The notes under the pieces are model-generated. The model worked only from the letters and a program-made list of their open reading frames with translations, was not told where the DNA came from and ran no database searches. A DNA stretch of 64,000 bases from Psilocybe cubensis (taxonomy: Eukaryota). This document shows, one piece after another, positions 12,377 through 25,534 of this stretch; positions within the stretch are counted from its first letter, which is position 1, and every line of letters starts with the position of its first letter. A program made the position numbers and the translations under genes. Where the stretch lies: NCBI GenBank assembly GCA_017499595.2, contig CM039009.1, positions 2,170,001 through 2,234,000 on the forward strand, written 5' to 3'.

Positions 12377-13786
12377 TCAGATCGTGCGCTACAATAACAT
12401 GGAACAATGTCAGCAAGGATGATAAGGCCACCAGAGCGCGCCACGCGCGACCCCAGTTCCAACCAGAAAGCTGGACTCGGACGCGGAAAAAGGAGGGTTC
12501 CCTGCAATAATGCTCCATATTACTGCCCGACGCGGCATGCTCAACCCGTAAGAAAAGGTGGTTTGAGAACCATGCAATGTAATCACTTACCTTGACCGAG
12601 GCCCATTGAACGATGACATCTTTTATTTTGTCTTCGAGAGCTTGGTGGCATTGAGTGCACGCCAGATGCTCCATCAACGGGTTGAGGGCGGTGTGCATGG
12701 TGTGCGTCGAGAGGTCTGCTGTACCAAATTAGCCAATTCCGGTTAACAAGGTAGCGACGAACCGGGCCTGGCATCCCAAGCCAAATAGGCACTAACAAGT
12801 GCCCATGCACGGGTGAGCTTGCGCTGGTCCTCGAATCCGCATTCCTTGGACGGCGGGTGCGGGTGGGGCGGGTGGAGAAGAATGTTCTTCAATGCGGTAA
12901 AGCGACTCATGTGAAGATGCATCATCTTGTTCAGATACGTCGCACCGATGCGCTCTGCCATGTCGTCAGAAATCTTGGACAAGTCGTAGGACAAGAGATG
13001 AGACGAAACGCTGACTGCAAGTGGGTGGAGTTTGTGATGTGCGGCAAGGGCATACGATTCCAAAGGATGCAATGGAGCGTGGTAGAGAAGGAGCTCATAC
13101 AAGCTTCCTCCAGGGCGAATGAGTGTTGTAGGAGGAATGGAATACGATGGCATGCGGTCCACAGCCTGTATCAAAGTGTCGAACGAAGGACGATTGGCAG
13201 CGGGAGAGGTACCATAGAGGGCGTGGAAAATGACGTTGAGCTCAGGGCTAGAGATATCGAGGGAAATGTTACCATCTCTGAACTTTGGGTGGGATAGAGG
13301 CTGCATAAGAATTGCAACAAAGGCGGTCGGACATGCTTTCAACACAGTCGCGGAATCGATGTAGAACAACACCCCGTCGGAAGAGGAGAATATCGTATCG
13401 GGAGAAGGCTCTGCGTTGGGATGAAAGGAAGTAGAAATAGAAATGATAGTCGCTTCATCCTCTGGAGTAGTCGCTTGTAATGGATCAATTGGCAAGGAGG
13501 CCGCGGAGAGAGCGAGTTCCGCAGGAAGTAACGATTCCTAGCCAACGTATCAGTGACAATGAATGACACTACAAAAATTTCTTACGAATTGTGAAGAATG
13601 TTCTACAAAAGTACTATAGCTTCCGCTGCTCGACACGCTGGGACTGACAGGGGGGTAGGGGAACGCATCCTGGTGGAACGACGTGTACTCATCCTGCGGT
13701 TGACTGAATGAAGGTGGAGGAGTTGGGTAATTTGGGCGAGTAGGAGCGTCGTAAAGCCACGCACTGGGGTATTTTGTAGGATCCAT
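12377..13786 (-). CDS. BTB/POZ-domain protein (agaricomycete type, 4 exons)
   Basis: PDTIFSSSDGVLFYIDS, ELNVIFHALYG, YALAAH, MAERIGATYL..LH..RF.ALK.ILL.PP.PHPP..ECG, LTRAWALVSAYL, C..C. The last exon RTI* follows a 202-nt intron. Confidence 0.85.
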
Positions 13787-13901
13787 GGTATATCGTGAAT
13801 GCGGTAACAGGATTACTGCCAAAGTTACCTCTTTATAACAAACGATGAAGGATATGGCAGCTGTGCCGAGTTACAAATTTTCCCACTCCGCCAAATCAAC
13901 G

Positions 13902-13933
13902 GGGGTAATGACGTCACATGACGTCACTACCCC
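13902..13933. promoter_or_regulatory. Tandem perfect CRE/ATF sites (TGACGTCA x2) inside a palindrome, upstream of the BTB gene
   Basis: GGGGTA-A-TGACGTCA-CA-TGACGTCA-C-TACCCC; TATA-like TTATAAA on the minus strand at ~13832-13838. Confidence 0.6.
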
Positions 13934-16900
13934 ACTTGTCACTATGCCGAGGTCCAAACGTACTGGCAGCTCAAATCTATCTGGTAAGAGTAGAGCAGTC
14001 TTACTGCGTTGAGCGACGGAGAGGTCAGAAAATAGGCATATTATATTGCTCACCCACTCCAAGTTGATGCGACACGTTGCAGAAACCTACTAACTGTGAT
14101 TGGACAGTGTTCAACACAAACCCCACTCCAGACCACGAGCAGTAGAAGAGAAGTGACGTTTACATGCCCAAAGGCTATTGAGATACTAAAAACACCGTTA
14201 GAGTGAAGAAGTAATGAAGATAACAATTTCAGTATTTAACGTACCTAACAGTGTTCGCGAACCAGATCGAAATATCCAACGCGTTGTCGTGTGAACGTTG
14301 TCCATTGGTAGCACTTCAAGCATCCACTGCTGTGTATAATACAGAAAGCAGGGTATGTAACTATCAGTTATCCATGTCAATTGTGTAGCGGGATCAACGA
14401 ACTTTGGGTACTTGTATTGACAAGCTGTTTTCATGAGAGGGAGTAAGCGAGAAGACCATAATTGTGCCGAGAACCTGCCAGTGCAAGAAGGGAAAGAGGT
14501 TGTTATAATTATTCAATGAATAAAACAGATTAGAAGTGGGGGAAAGGATGTATATACCTGGCCCCTTCACCGACATCTAGCGCCAGTGGGACGCACTGGT
14601 CTATCGCACATTCGATGTCACTGTAAGAGGGGAAGTCAGTCTAGGGGAAAAAGTGGGGGGCAAAAGAACAAAATCCAGTATGGCGTCAGCTATTTGTACG
14701 ATTTCCAGTAGTCGTTTAGGTGGACCGTGCGTAACAAAAAAAAATCATCCATGATGTCATCTTCTCAGAAAGGAACCACACTTTCCTTTCCAAGACATCC
14801 TTGCAATTCGTCTTCAACGGGGTGTATTTGACTCACGTGGTTAATGGAACAGGAATCTCATCCGTCATCCGTGAGAAGTGCTTCTGCTGCCGTCGGGAAG
14901 TCTGGCGTCTGGCAGTGGGACCTGAGCAAATGAGGTGCTTGCCCTCGCATAAGGACTTTTCAGGGTTGAAAGGAAGGGACGGCCTGACGATCATAATAAT
15001 GGAATAGTAATCAACTCCGTTGCCGATGTCGGAAACCGTTGAATCGATGCGTTTTTATTTGGTGTTGGATGAATGACGGACTCGGACTTGACAGGATTTA
15101 TCAATTGGTAAAACACCGTATTCACTGTCATGTGCATTGCTAAGCGCTATGCACGCATAGACCCTACAGAACACCACGGATGGTGGTCGCAGTAGTCGTC
15201 GAACGCTTATACGACATATCACAGTACGTACGCAGCCAGATTATCAAGACGACCTTCCAACAATATCACACTGCTTCTGAGCCGGCTTGACCAAAAATAA
15301 AAAAAGAAAGTCGACAAGATCCTTAAAAGGCTCAGTACTCATTGAGGAAAGTCATATTTGAAAGGAAAACAAATTCCGAGTGCACCCGTACCATAGACCC
15401 CTTTCGAATCACCCCATTCCCGGAGCCTCGGAGTCCATGGACCATCACAGTACTTCGGTAGCAACGTTCACCGGAGCATTTCACAGCGTAGGAGGAGTTG
15501 CTTTGCCAGCTGGCATCGACAATGTAGTTGGACACAAGCTTTTGCGACACACAGACATGCAGATCCTGCGATCGTGCTATGTCCGCTAAATCCAGGGTGA
15601 TGTCGGTGTGAACTCTGGTTTTGGTGAGACTGGGGTATCCTCATGCGGTGAGCTTAGTACGGTGCCAGCTTTTTACGAACGCGTATCTCTCACAAATTGC
15701 ATACAGATATCAGCTCGAGTAAAATGCTGACAATGTACGTAGACATTGCGTACTAATCTTCTTGAAAACCTACAAAAAATCAAAGTTTCGTCATCAATCA
15801 TCTCCAGAACTCAAGTATTGGATACATATCATGATTCTTTGATTCTCTACGCACAATGTCATTTCAAGGCCCTGTCTTCCATTGATTCATACACATAATC
15901 AATTCCGCAGACTTACGAAGACTTTGCCTCGCTTACCTGGCTCCCTTGTGCAGGGTGCTGTCACAATCTACACCTCCCGCAAAGTCCTCGGATTTCACTT
16001 CATTCAATCAACATTCCGAGGCCGAGATAATCATAAGCGACAAATTCACTCTCAGCCTATGCACGGAAAGCCCAACGGCACATAACATGGCGTACCTCCG
16101 TGGATCGTGCCCCAGGACATACCACAAATGTCGAGCGGCTCTTCGCGTGCTGTGAAATCATCGGGAGATATTTATGGACTTTTCAGGATATGAACCGCGG
16201 CGCGAGGCCCAAGTCGCGGTCACGGTGAGAGGCGTTGCTCCTAAAGGCGATCCAATGTGAGCAAGTGATGCCATAAATCAACAAAACTCATCACTGCATC
16301 ACGTATCGTGGATGCTCGAGGCCACACTAGCCTGCATAGTATGAGGGCATTACAGTCAACCACGATGCGCAGTGTACATCTACCTGTGAGTGTTACGATG
16401 TTACTTTCAGTGCCTTTGGATCGCCTGTGCATAGGCGTCGATTAAACTTACTTTACTCCCGGTAGGATATTTTGGTTGATTTGAGCGTTGAGACGCGTCC
16501 AGCGAGAAGAGAGTCGTTTTGTCCTCGGCGACCCTGTCGCAATGACGTTCTATATTTGTCTTTCCAATATATAGAAGTCAATTGTTATCGGCTAATATTC
16601 AGGCGACCTCAGATATCTATGTATGTCAAAGGCAAACGACTTCTATGGGCCGGATGTCACTGGTCAACGGTGAACCCGAGCTTAGACCCATTCGACGTTC
16701 GGTGTGGACCCTGTGTGCGAACATCATGATTTGACGAATCAATCAGCACCCGTGAGTCCATGGATTTCAACCAAATTATCGCTAATACAAGCCTAACGCT
16801 GCTCAATGGCCCTGGCAGCCTTGAGACCTAATGGATCAATCTGCAACTCCCGAAATAACTTGGAAGGGACTTGCGGGAGATAGGTTGTAATTTACGATGG

Positions 16901-17145
16901 GGTGAATGCAGGGACTCTCGAGATCGGGCGACACTGCTCCTTTGCCCATATGTTGGATGCACATGTCCCCGGTCTGAGATTTTATATAAATTGCTGTCTA
17001 GTTCACAACATGAGCGACTCATTTTACCCCGCTTTTGTTTGCTCGCCTGTCCGTCCCCCCTCCTCCAGTGAGCGCTTCCCCTCCGTACTTAATGTCATCC
17101 TAAAATTTCTAACGCTGATCCATCTGCCCTTTTAGCTTATAAAAA

Positions 17146-18657
17146 ATGTCGCAGCTCACGAGTCAAAATAACAAAAGTTATAGCGCATTTCTCCCAGACG
17201 ACATTCTGCGCCAAGTCTTTGAAACAGCTGCACAGTTGGATTTCAGAGTAACTGTCAACCTAGCCTCTTTGTCCCGTCGAATCCGTCCATGGTGAGTTCC
17301 GCGCTATAGGTAGTAGATTAATGCCACTACATCAAACTTACTAATCTTAGATTATTATTTTTTCTCTTCATCTTACAATAGGATTGACGAGATACTATAC
17401 TCCGTGGTGATATTGAGAACACTGCGGACTTCATACGCCTTCCTGCGCACCATCCAGACGCCTAACACCAAACCCAGGGACTTCTTCGCCAAGTGCGTCA
17501 AGTCCCTGCTCATCTACGCCGACATCGACACAGATAGCCTTGTGACACTTTTATCGATATGCCGCGGTGTCATCAACCTCTCTTACTGGCCGAGCACAGG
17601 AAACGCCTACGCTGCTCTGCCTGGGTATAACCCTTCAAGCCGTCTCCTGGGTACCCCCACTCCGTGGAATTCACACGTTCATTCCACAGCTACACCAAAT
17701 ATATCTTCCAGCCCCCTATCCACCCGCCAAGCGACCAAAATCTATGTGCCCGCCGTCACGGAGTACTTCTTCTTCGATCTACACAGCACCTCCCACATAG
17801 CTCCTCGGAGGCTCTCCGTGATGCTGCACGACTCGCACCCCTTGTTCATATTCCGCCCGCGATTCGAGGGATCGCCCTTTTTCGGTGACGTCACTCACCT
17901 CTCCGTGCTCAATCGCTGGGAAGAGTGGACGGCATGGGCAGGGCACAGGATGACCGCCGAGGCACTACCCCGTCTCACCCACCTCAAATTCGACCTCTCC
18001 GTGGGCCAGGCGCCCGAGTCCGTGCGACCTCGGTCTTTGTCTCCCAGCTGCTCGCGCTGGCTCGAAACCGTCACCGTAGCCGACCCCTTCTGCCCCTCGC
18101 CACCGGAGTCGGAGTCGGAGTCGCACTCGCACGCGTACGCATACTCGGAACGCAAAATGAGCTCGTCAGAGTGCGCGTGGGCGAGCAAGATCGCCTGCGT
18201 CGCCAATGCGCTTAGCGATGTCCTGAGCCGCCACCCGTCGCTTATAGCCTGCGTCTTGGTTCTTCGCTTCGACAGCAACCCAGCACGCACGGCGAGGCTT
18301 ATTTCCAACGCGGTGGCTTCGAGGATGGCTTCTTCTAAGCAGAGAAGATCTTCCAGCCCAAGGTATTCCATGGACATGCAGTGCGACAGTGACGACATGG
18401 ATGTAGACATGGACTCGGATTCGCCTCCGGCAGTGGATCCTCGCTTGGTTTTTGCCTGGGAGAAGGAGTCGTTCAGATACAATTATGCTCACTCTGAGCA
18501 CGAGCAAATTATGTGGAAGTCTGCCGAGTCCATTGCCAAGGCTCAGCGTTTCATGAAAGGTGAAAATCCCCTCCGATAACTCGCAAGAAGCCTTACTGAT
18601 AAATATCGGTATCTAATTATAGGTCATTCGATGCTGAAATGCGACGATCTATTTTGA
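17146..18657 (+). CDS. Agaricomycete F-box-like hypothetical protein (3 exons)
   Basis: Exon 1 reads FLPDDILRQVFETAA..NLASLSRRIRPW, then intron 17292-17381, then IDEILYSVVILR...VTHLSV...LPRLTHL..., DPRLVF. The last exon is GHSMLKCDDLF*. Confidence 0.75.
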
Positions 18658-20171
18658 GATGCTGCTCTTTTTCTTTGCAAAGACGTTGTTCATAAGATAC
18701 CTTAATTATTACCTGCCCTTACTGTACTAATGTTGAGAAAACTTTGGGAAACAGTGGGCGCTGGTTTCATGGAATCATTATTTGTAATAGTATATTTACT
18801 AGTGCTCAAACTCGTTGTTTTATTATGTTTACATTATTTTGCCTCTTATACGCAATATGACGCGCTTGTACGCGTAACATGATAGAATTTTTAACACAAA
18901 ACGAAAATCACAGGCTAGGTTAAAGGTCAGAGTTCGCTTGACCACTGCATGAACTCCGCGGACAGATTTAAAGTTAGCCGTGAAAAGCCCCAACTTTTGA
19001 GAAAATTTGCCGAAAGCGCTTATAGTAGACAAAACCAGGAACCGCTTGCCATGGTAATGAGTCAGAGGCAGAGGAAGTAGCATTTAGGTCAATGGTGTGA
19101 TCGCGTTGTGCTTCCAATCATGGAGTTGAGCAATGAAATCCGACAAAAGATTAGAGAAAAAGACACAGAAAAATTGTTAGAATCGGCTAAGAAATAGGAA
19201 AAAAGGTCAGAGGTGACCTCAAACAGCTTAGATAAAAAACCACTATTCAGTGTTGATCAAGGACACCTTACAAGTTAAAAGCCAAATTTCGTTGAAGTCA
19301 TTGCGACGACTCTGCATGACCGGCAATCAATATACCCGAATACCGACCTTCTAAATTTGTGCAGGCTGTTTGCAACTTGGCGCAGTTCTACAAGTTGTCA
19401 ATGATTGACAAAAAATTGTTGGAACTTGGGTCAACCGATGTCTTTCCAAACGAAGCATTTACCCGCCTTCAACATCTCCGCCAAAATCTACTCACATTGA
19501 AGACCATTCCTCCAGGCGAAAACGACCCGACTCAAAAAACGCGTCAGCCATCTGCATGGGATCCGATCGAGTGCTAGAAGAAACCGGGATTTGTAACGAG
19601 GACGCTTGTATGTTTATGACTGTAGACTGCATCTGACCTCTTTCACGGATCCATAGGATGATAATTAGAGATTTTTCTCTGCTGTGACCACGGCGGCCCA
19701 TCACATGAAGGTGGATCACTGGGAGAAGAGGTATGGTGTGCAGGACTAGTACGTATCTTCCGTCGCGCTTTGACCCACGAAATTGGCGGGGTAACCACGT
19801 TTTACTTACGGTCATACAAGGAGGTCCAAGTTGCACCCTAAATTCAGGTCTGTTTGCCATATATCATCCCCCATCGTACCCTATCGTCGTGTATGGATCA
19901 TGGATATAGGAAACCAAACTCCCGCTCGGTATTCATCTCCCTGTTCGAGTCACTGCTATGAGTCTTTATGAGTACTACTAGCGCAGCTCCTGCTCGTGTT
20001 CAACACGCCCATGTCCTCTAGATTCCCCCTATTAGCTGGACTATTGCACCTACCTTAGGCTTCCCCTGACGCGCAGTTGGCACCATCCCAGGCCAAGATC
20101 ACCACTACGTCGCGCATTTAAAAGTAGACTAGACTTCGCATATCTAGCTTGCATCCCTCAAAGCTTGTACA

Positions 20172-21418
20172 ATGCTACCTCGCAAATTCTTCGCTGGAAT
20201 CATATCTCCTATGATCCGGAACAGGGAACCATTGCCTGTACCACCACCGTCACCCAGCGACAGCGACACTCTCCGAGTGTCAGAAAGTACTGCCAGCGAC
20301 TCAACATGTCTGGAACTATCAAACGACAATGACATCCAGGATGAGGGAAACAAGCGCAAGAAAGTCATGTTTCACGCAGTCACTCTCGTAATCGATGCTG
20401 GACCCGAAAACGATATGTCACAAAAATCTACTTCCGACGAATCCAAGTTTCTGCGAACTGCTTTCAGCAGCTACGACTACGAAACAAAGGACGTTGCGGA
20501 GGATCTTTCAGATTCGGGTCCTGCTAGCCCTTCCGATACTGGGGAGAAAACTGACGCTTCTATTCGAATCTTGAAATTCCTGATCACCACTGGATCTTCC
20601 ACCCATACATTTGAGTGCCCCGCGATCCTGTCGAAGTGTATATCAGAATTATTTCCGCCGCTCGTGTCAATCACTGAGACAATCCCAACTGTATCTCTTC
20701 TTCGTGCCGCGGCTTTGACGCCACTTGCGTCCACCATCGAACAAAAATCCTCCGATTTGGGGATGTTCGCCGACCAAGACATCGCGCAGGGACAATGTAT
20801 CCTCTCAGAGCGTCCTTGTCTGGTAAGTATTTACTCGATTCTTGACGGGAACCATCGAGAGGAACTTGCCCAACTTTTCGATAACCTAAACCCGGAAACG
20901 ACCGATGAGGCCATTTCGTTGCTATCACCCGATGATTCTGAAGATTCTGTGTGGTACGAACAAATAATGCGCCGACATTCATTTGTTATTCCTTTGTCGT
21001 CGTCCACTTTGGAGGGATGCGAGGACGCTCTTAAGCATAGAGGTTTGTTTCTCAAATCGAGTAGAATCCGCCACAGGTATTGTCACAATTCATTAGTTAT
21101 TCACACATCGATGTTTCTAACTCGGGTTTGTTTTCGCTTGACCACAGCTGCACCCCCAATGCACGTTGGGGATGGAATACCAAATCGTTTTCTCTTCGTG
21201 TCTTTGCACTACAACCTATCTCTGAGGGGATGGAAATCACAGTGGCGAAGATTAAGTTGGACACGCTTCAAGCCTCAGGAAGTCCCACCGGCTTCAAATG
21301 CATTTCTAAAGCATGTGTCGGTCATTGTGCTAATTCACCATTCCACCCCCACACCACGCAGCTCGATAAACCCAAACAGACCACCAACCATGAAGAGCGA
21401 ACACAATATTCTTGCTGA
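20172..21418 (+). CDS. SET-domain-like protein with degenerate catalytic motifs (intron 21077-21147)
   Basis: LGMFADQDIAQGQCILSERP, HRGLFLKSSRIRH|SCTPNA, LRVFALQPISEGMEITVAK and a post-SET-like GFKCISKAC. Confidence 0.75.
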
Positions 21419-22309
21419 GAGCCAGTAAGAGGGATGTTATACTGGTACGCTCTACGTCATTATTATTTCCGAATGAGCTATTCATACAGCTGCATAGATC
21501 AATACTACTCGGATCATGCCATTGTTTACTTTCAACTAATGCATTCAATAATTCTGTAGGTCCGACCATTAGCGCGTCATTATGCCACTAGGCTTGCTTG
21601 ATGAATTTATGTTAGCCACAATCCGCGGTCGTAATTATCATTGTGATTTACGGTAACTAAGTGACCAGTGAGCTCTTGGACCTGCGTGTGCTGCGTCCAC
21701 CAATTCAGTGAGTATTCAGAGAGAATAATACTACCCAGTGACTACCACATAGGTCCAAGCGTCATCGTCCGTTGTCTAGAGACGGGGACGGAGTTTTCTC
21801 GGATGATTCACCATGAGCAATCAACAAACGTCCCTGAGTCCTATTTTGTACCTGACCGGCGCTTAAATGTTCAAGTCAACAGACTCGGTATAGAAAACCT
21901 GTACACTCCATGTTACAGCAATCCGACCACAGATGATGCTTCTCTGCTTTAAAATGAAGTCACGCATAGAATCTCTATTTGGCTTGGACCCACAACAATT
22001 GTGCAGCCACTGCCCGGTTGCTAATGACTGAGGTTAACTACGAGGCTCAATATGGTACTCACAGAATTGATCGAAGCCCATAATTGTCTGTCTATTCATC
22101 TTCACCCATCCTATTTCGACGACAAAACTCGCTGGTTGACGACCGTTTGGGTATTTTAAGGAACGGATTCAGGGGGTGCCTTTTTGATCTCTTACTAAAT
22201 CGATCTCACCCCTCTCGTCAAACACTAAACAACTAAATCATCTAGAGAAACTCATCTTCTCAACATCATACTATCACTTACACAATAAACTTGTATTCTT
22301 GAAAACACA

Positions 22310-24008
22310 ATGGTACGCCTTCACCTGTTTCCACACATCCCGCCAGATAGCTCATATACGCCACCATGATGTACAGCCTAAAACCAAGGCAGAAACTAAC
22401 AGAATGGTTAGACGGCTTTCCATACCACGAATGTGAGTAGACAACAGTGTAATGCTACAGCACATATTGACGCACATCTAGAGCCTCTTCCTCTCGAAAA
22501 TTGAACGCTACCGCCACAAATACACGTTCCACGGCTTCAGTCCCTATCTCATCGTCTGGAAGAGCAGCTCGGAGCCGCAGACATCCGTACCACAATTACG
22601 CTCGGAAGCAGAAGCAGCCTGTTGGAGGTTCAAAGCTATACGACGAAATCGACGTGGAAAATGGATCCCCTTCACCTAGTGTCTCTGAGTCAGGCACTCA
22701 GCAGCATCTCCAAAGCGGGGTCGTAGACATCACCCATGTAGGTGTGCCACTGGAAGGAAACACTCCAGGAGAGACGTGCGTACCTTTCCATTGCCGTATC
22801 GATGTGGCAGATACCTTGATTACTCACACATAAATGAATATTTTAGGCCTCTTTCCCCTTCCAAGGACCCTGAATTGTTTGACTTTCGCGGTTTGACATG
22901 CTTCCCAGAGGAGAACATCGTCGGCGGCAATCCAATTCCTTCACCACTCTACCCATGGAACATGGGGCCGATGGCACAATACCCACCCCAACCCTGCAAT
23001 AGTAGCTACATTTCGACGTACCTTCCTTTCATTCCCCCACCAGTTGACCTGTACCCAGGTCCTATGTACCATGAGTATGGAGGTCCATACTACCAGCCTC
23101 CACTCCCCTATCCTGCACAAGTACAGCAAGTACAGGTACAGGAGTCGTTCGAGAACATTGATCCGGTATTACGTCCACCGATGGCTGAACAATTTCAGGA
23201 GATCCAAGGACCAGCGCCCCCTCAATACAGCGAAGCTGTCCCAAACAATTTTTACACGTATCCAGTCAACCTCCCCACGGCCAACCTAGAGGAGAAAGTC
23301 GCAACAGCCAAGGCAAACATCACCGATAAAAACCCATACGTCTTCATAGTAAAGACTCCGGTCGATGAAGGCGCCTACCCATTCATAGTAGAGACTCCGA
23401 ATGATCACAAGCCTCGCGCTCGAAAAGAACGCCAAGTCAAAAATCTGGGTTTCCGACAACAAGCTGGCACACGCGTAGAAGTTGGTAAGGTTCCAGGAAA
23501 GGTCATCAGTGCCGCCTGGCTGTCGAAAGCCATTGCCTGGAAGAAAAATGGTTCTGCGAAGAAAAACCGCAAGCTTGTTGAGACCGTTCATTTCGACGAA
23601 CCTTGTGTCTACGAAGAGGCACCGGTACACGTCAAAAAGGAGGATCTTCCAGAAATACCCTGTCCTATGGCTGGATGCGACGAGTTGCTCCGAGGACGAG
23701 AGGAGTTGTTTAACCATTTGAAGGACCCGACAGGACCTCACAAAATCGTAGTTAACAACAGTGTGGGTCAGACCAAGGTACCGTGCAGAGCGGAAGACCC
23801 CTGCAACGTCCATGTTATTTCTGGAGGTATGGCTAGGCACCTTGTTGAAGGCCATAGCAGCGTCTGGTTCTATTGCACGACATGCAACAAATGTTTGATC
23901 CGTGAAGATCAGATGAAAGAGCACTTCAAGAAGGCCCATCCAGGACAGCGGTTGCCGACCAAGTTCCGCGAAGTATTGCATCGACCTTACGAAGAAGACA
24001 GCGAATGA
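22310..24008 (+). CDS. C2H2 zinc-finger protein, putative transcription factor (4 exons; the first coding exon is ATG only)
   Basis: Three fingers: CPMAGC..HLKDPTGPH, CRAEDPC..HLVEGH and CTTCNK..HFKKAH. Also RRHPY and a Pro/Tyr/Gln-rich region. Introns follow 22312, ~22432 and 22775. Confidence 0.8.
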
Positions 24009-24818
24009 TGTGGCAGATCAGTGATTTCATGAAACGTAGACGCCCTTTCACCTTTTATTTGTTTTTTTTTTTTTTTCATCCTGAGAGCCTTTCGCCACGA
24101 ACTATACCGTTCGTAACACTTTCGGGGAAGGAGTTGTGCCTTTTCGATTTTCATTCTATAGATACCAACTTCCTACAGCCTATTCCTTCAGTCTCCTCTA
24201 GCCACCATGTACATATGTAAAGTTCACGTACCAGTAGTCCACTTGGTATATCATTTATCTGTTCGACATTAGTCGCGGAGCATCAGACCTCAAATTGAAC
24301 TCGAAAATGGTCAACCGAAGAATGATAAAATATGCTGCATCAATACGCAAAATGTGTTGCAAGAAACTTTGAATATGACCATACAGAAAAGACTTGAGAG
24401 GTTGCCCGACCGGCGACTTCATGGACGGTGCATCCCCCGAGTATTTGGGCAAGGTAAAAAGATGAAAAAATTGCTCGCCCCAGGAAAGAAATTGCGGTAT
24501 AATCTGTGGGAATTGCGCTGAACTTCATCAAAAATTTTTAAATAACATCGGGTTCATACGCGTGGACACCCAATGGCATGAGGGTGTCAAAAAGGTCTAC
24601 GACGCCAATACTGAACGAGGTCTTCACATAGACGGTGTTGAAAACACATTCATATGGACGACGAACCTACCTGAAAGGAAAGCACACAGAATATCCGTGA
24701 ATGATAACATGCGGTAATAGTGCGGCAAGTTGCAATTGTCGTGTGGACGAAAGTGGTTGCTATTATTTTGATAATTCTAGCGGGCGATGTGGTATCATAC
24801 ATCCTCTTCTCTTCGTGC

Positions 24819-25534
24819 TTAAGCGGTCCAGGCCCTAGCAATTAGCTCGGTGAGACCTTAAAAATAATCAAAACCTGTGTATATGAAGAAGAGAGTGATC
24901 TACTCACCAATGTCGTTGGTGTTGAACTGGTAGAGGCCAACAAGGGTTCCAACAGTCGCCGTTCTCAGCGTCCAGGTAGCAACCTTTCCGAGAATAGGGA
25001 ATTTTCGGGGGTGCAGATAGTCAACAAGGCATTGATCGAACTTTAATCCTTGTAAGTTTCGCCATCAACGAGCAGATATCAATGGGTAGACGTACGCCAA
25101 TGTGACTGTGCATAATCAAGCTGACCCCAAGAAGTCCATCGAGAACAGGATAGTTGCTTCCAGTTGTGACGAATGCAGCGGCAGTCAAAGGAACGAGGCC
25201 CGCTGAGAGGAGTCGCTCAAATGACCAGTGGTAAGACCCATGGGTTCGTGAGGGTGCTGGGAAGGTGGTGGGGTCGTTCACGGTTCCCTGGATGATGGCT
25301 AAATCACATATTCAGACACTAAAATGCTCAAAAGAGAGATCGCGAACGTACGACCGCCAGGGACGTATTTATACTGGGATGCTTCGCTGGTTGCATATCG
25401 AGCTATTCTCATTGGTCAGTGAGACATTTGTAGCACCGCCAAACAGAACGCGTACCCTGGTTAACAGAGCGCGCTGCCAGACGATGTGTAAGGTTCCTGG
25501 AGAACGCAGAGCGGAGAAGAAGGCTCGAGGACAT
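24819..25534 (-). CDS. SDH4: Succinate dehydrogenase cytochrome b small subunit (CybS; SDH4/Tim18 family)
   Basis: Mitochondrial presequence MSSSLLLRSAFSR; GTVNDPTTFP.PSRTHGSYHWSFERLLS, HSHIG|FDQCLVDYLHPRKF, GLYQFNTNDIG|LTELIARAWTA. Confidence 0.95.

Noticed and set aside
15330-16160. Possible spliced gene remnant or tRNA-like segment
   Set aside because: There is no cloverleaf or T-loop consensus and no coherent reading frame.
17895-18482. Long antisense ORFs (also 23286-23981, 1936-2376, 60064-60591)
   Set aside because: These are shadows of GC-rich real genes on the opposite strand, with no independent motifs.
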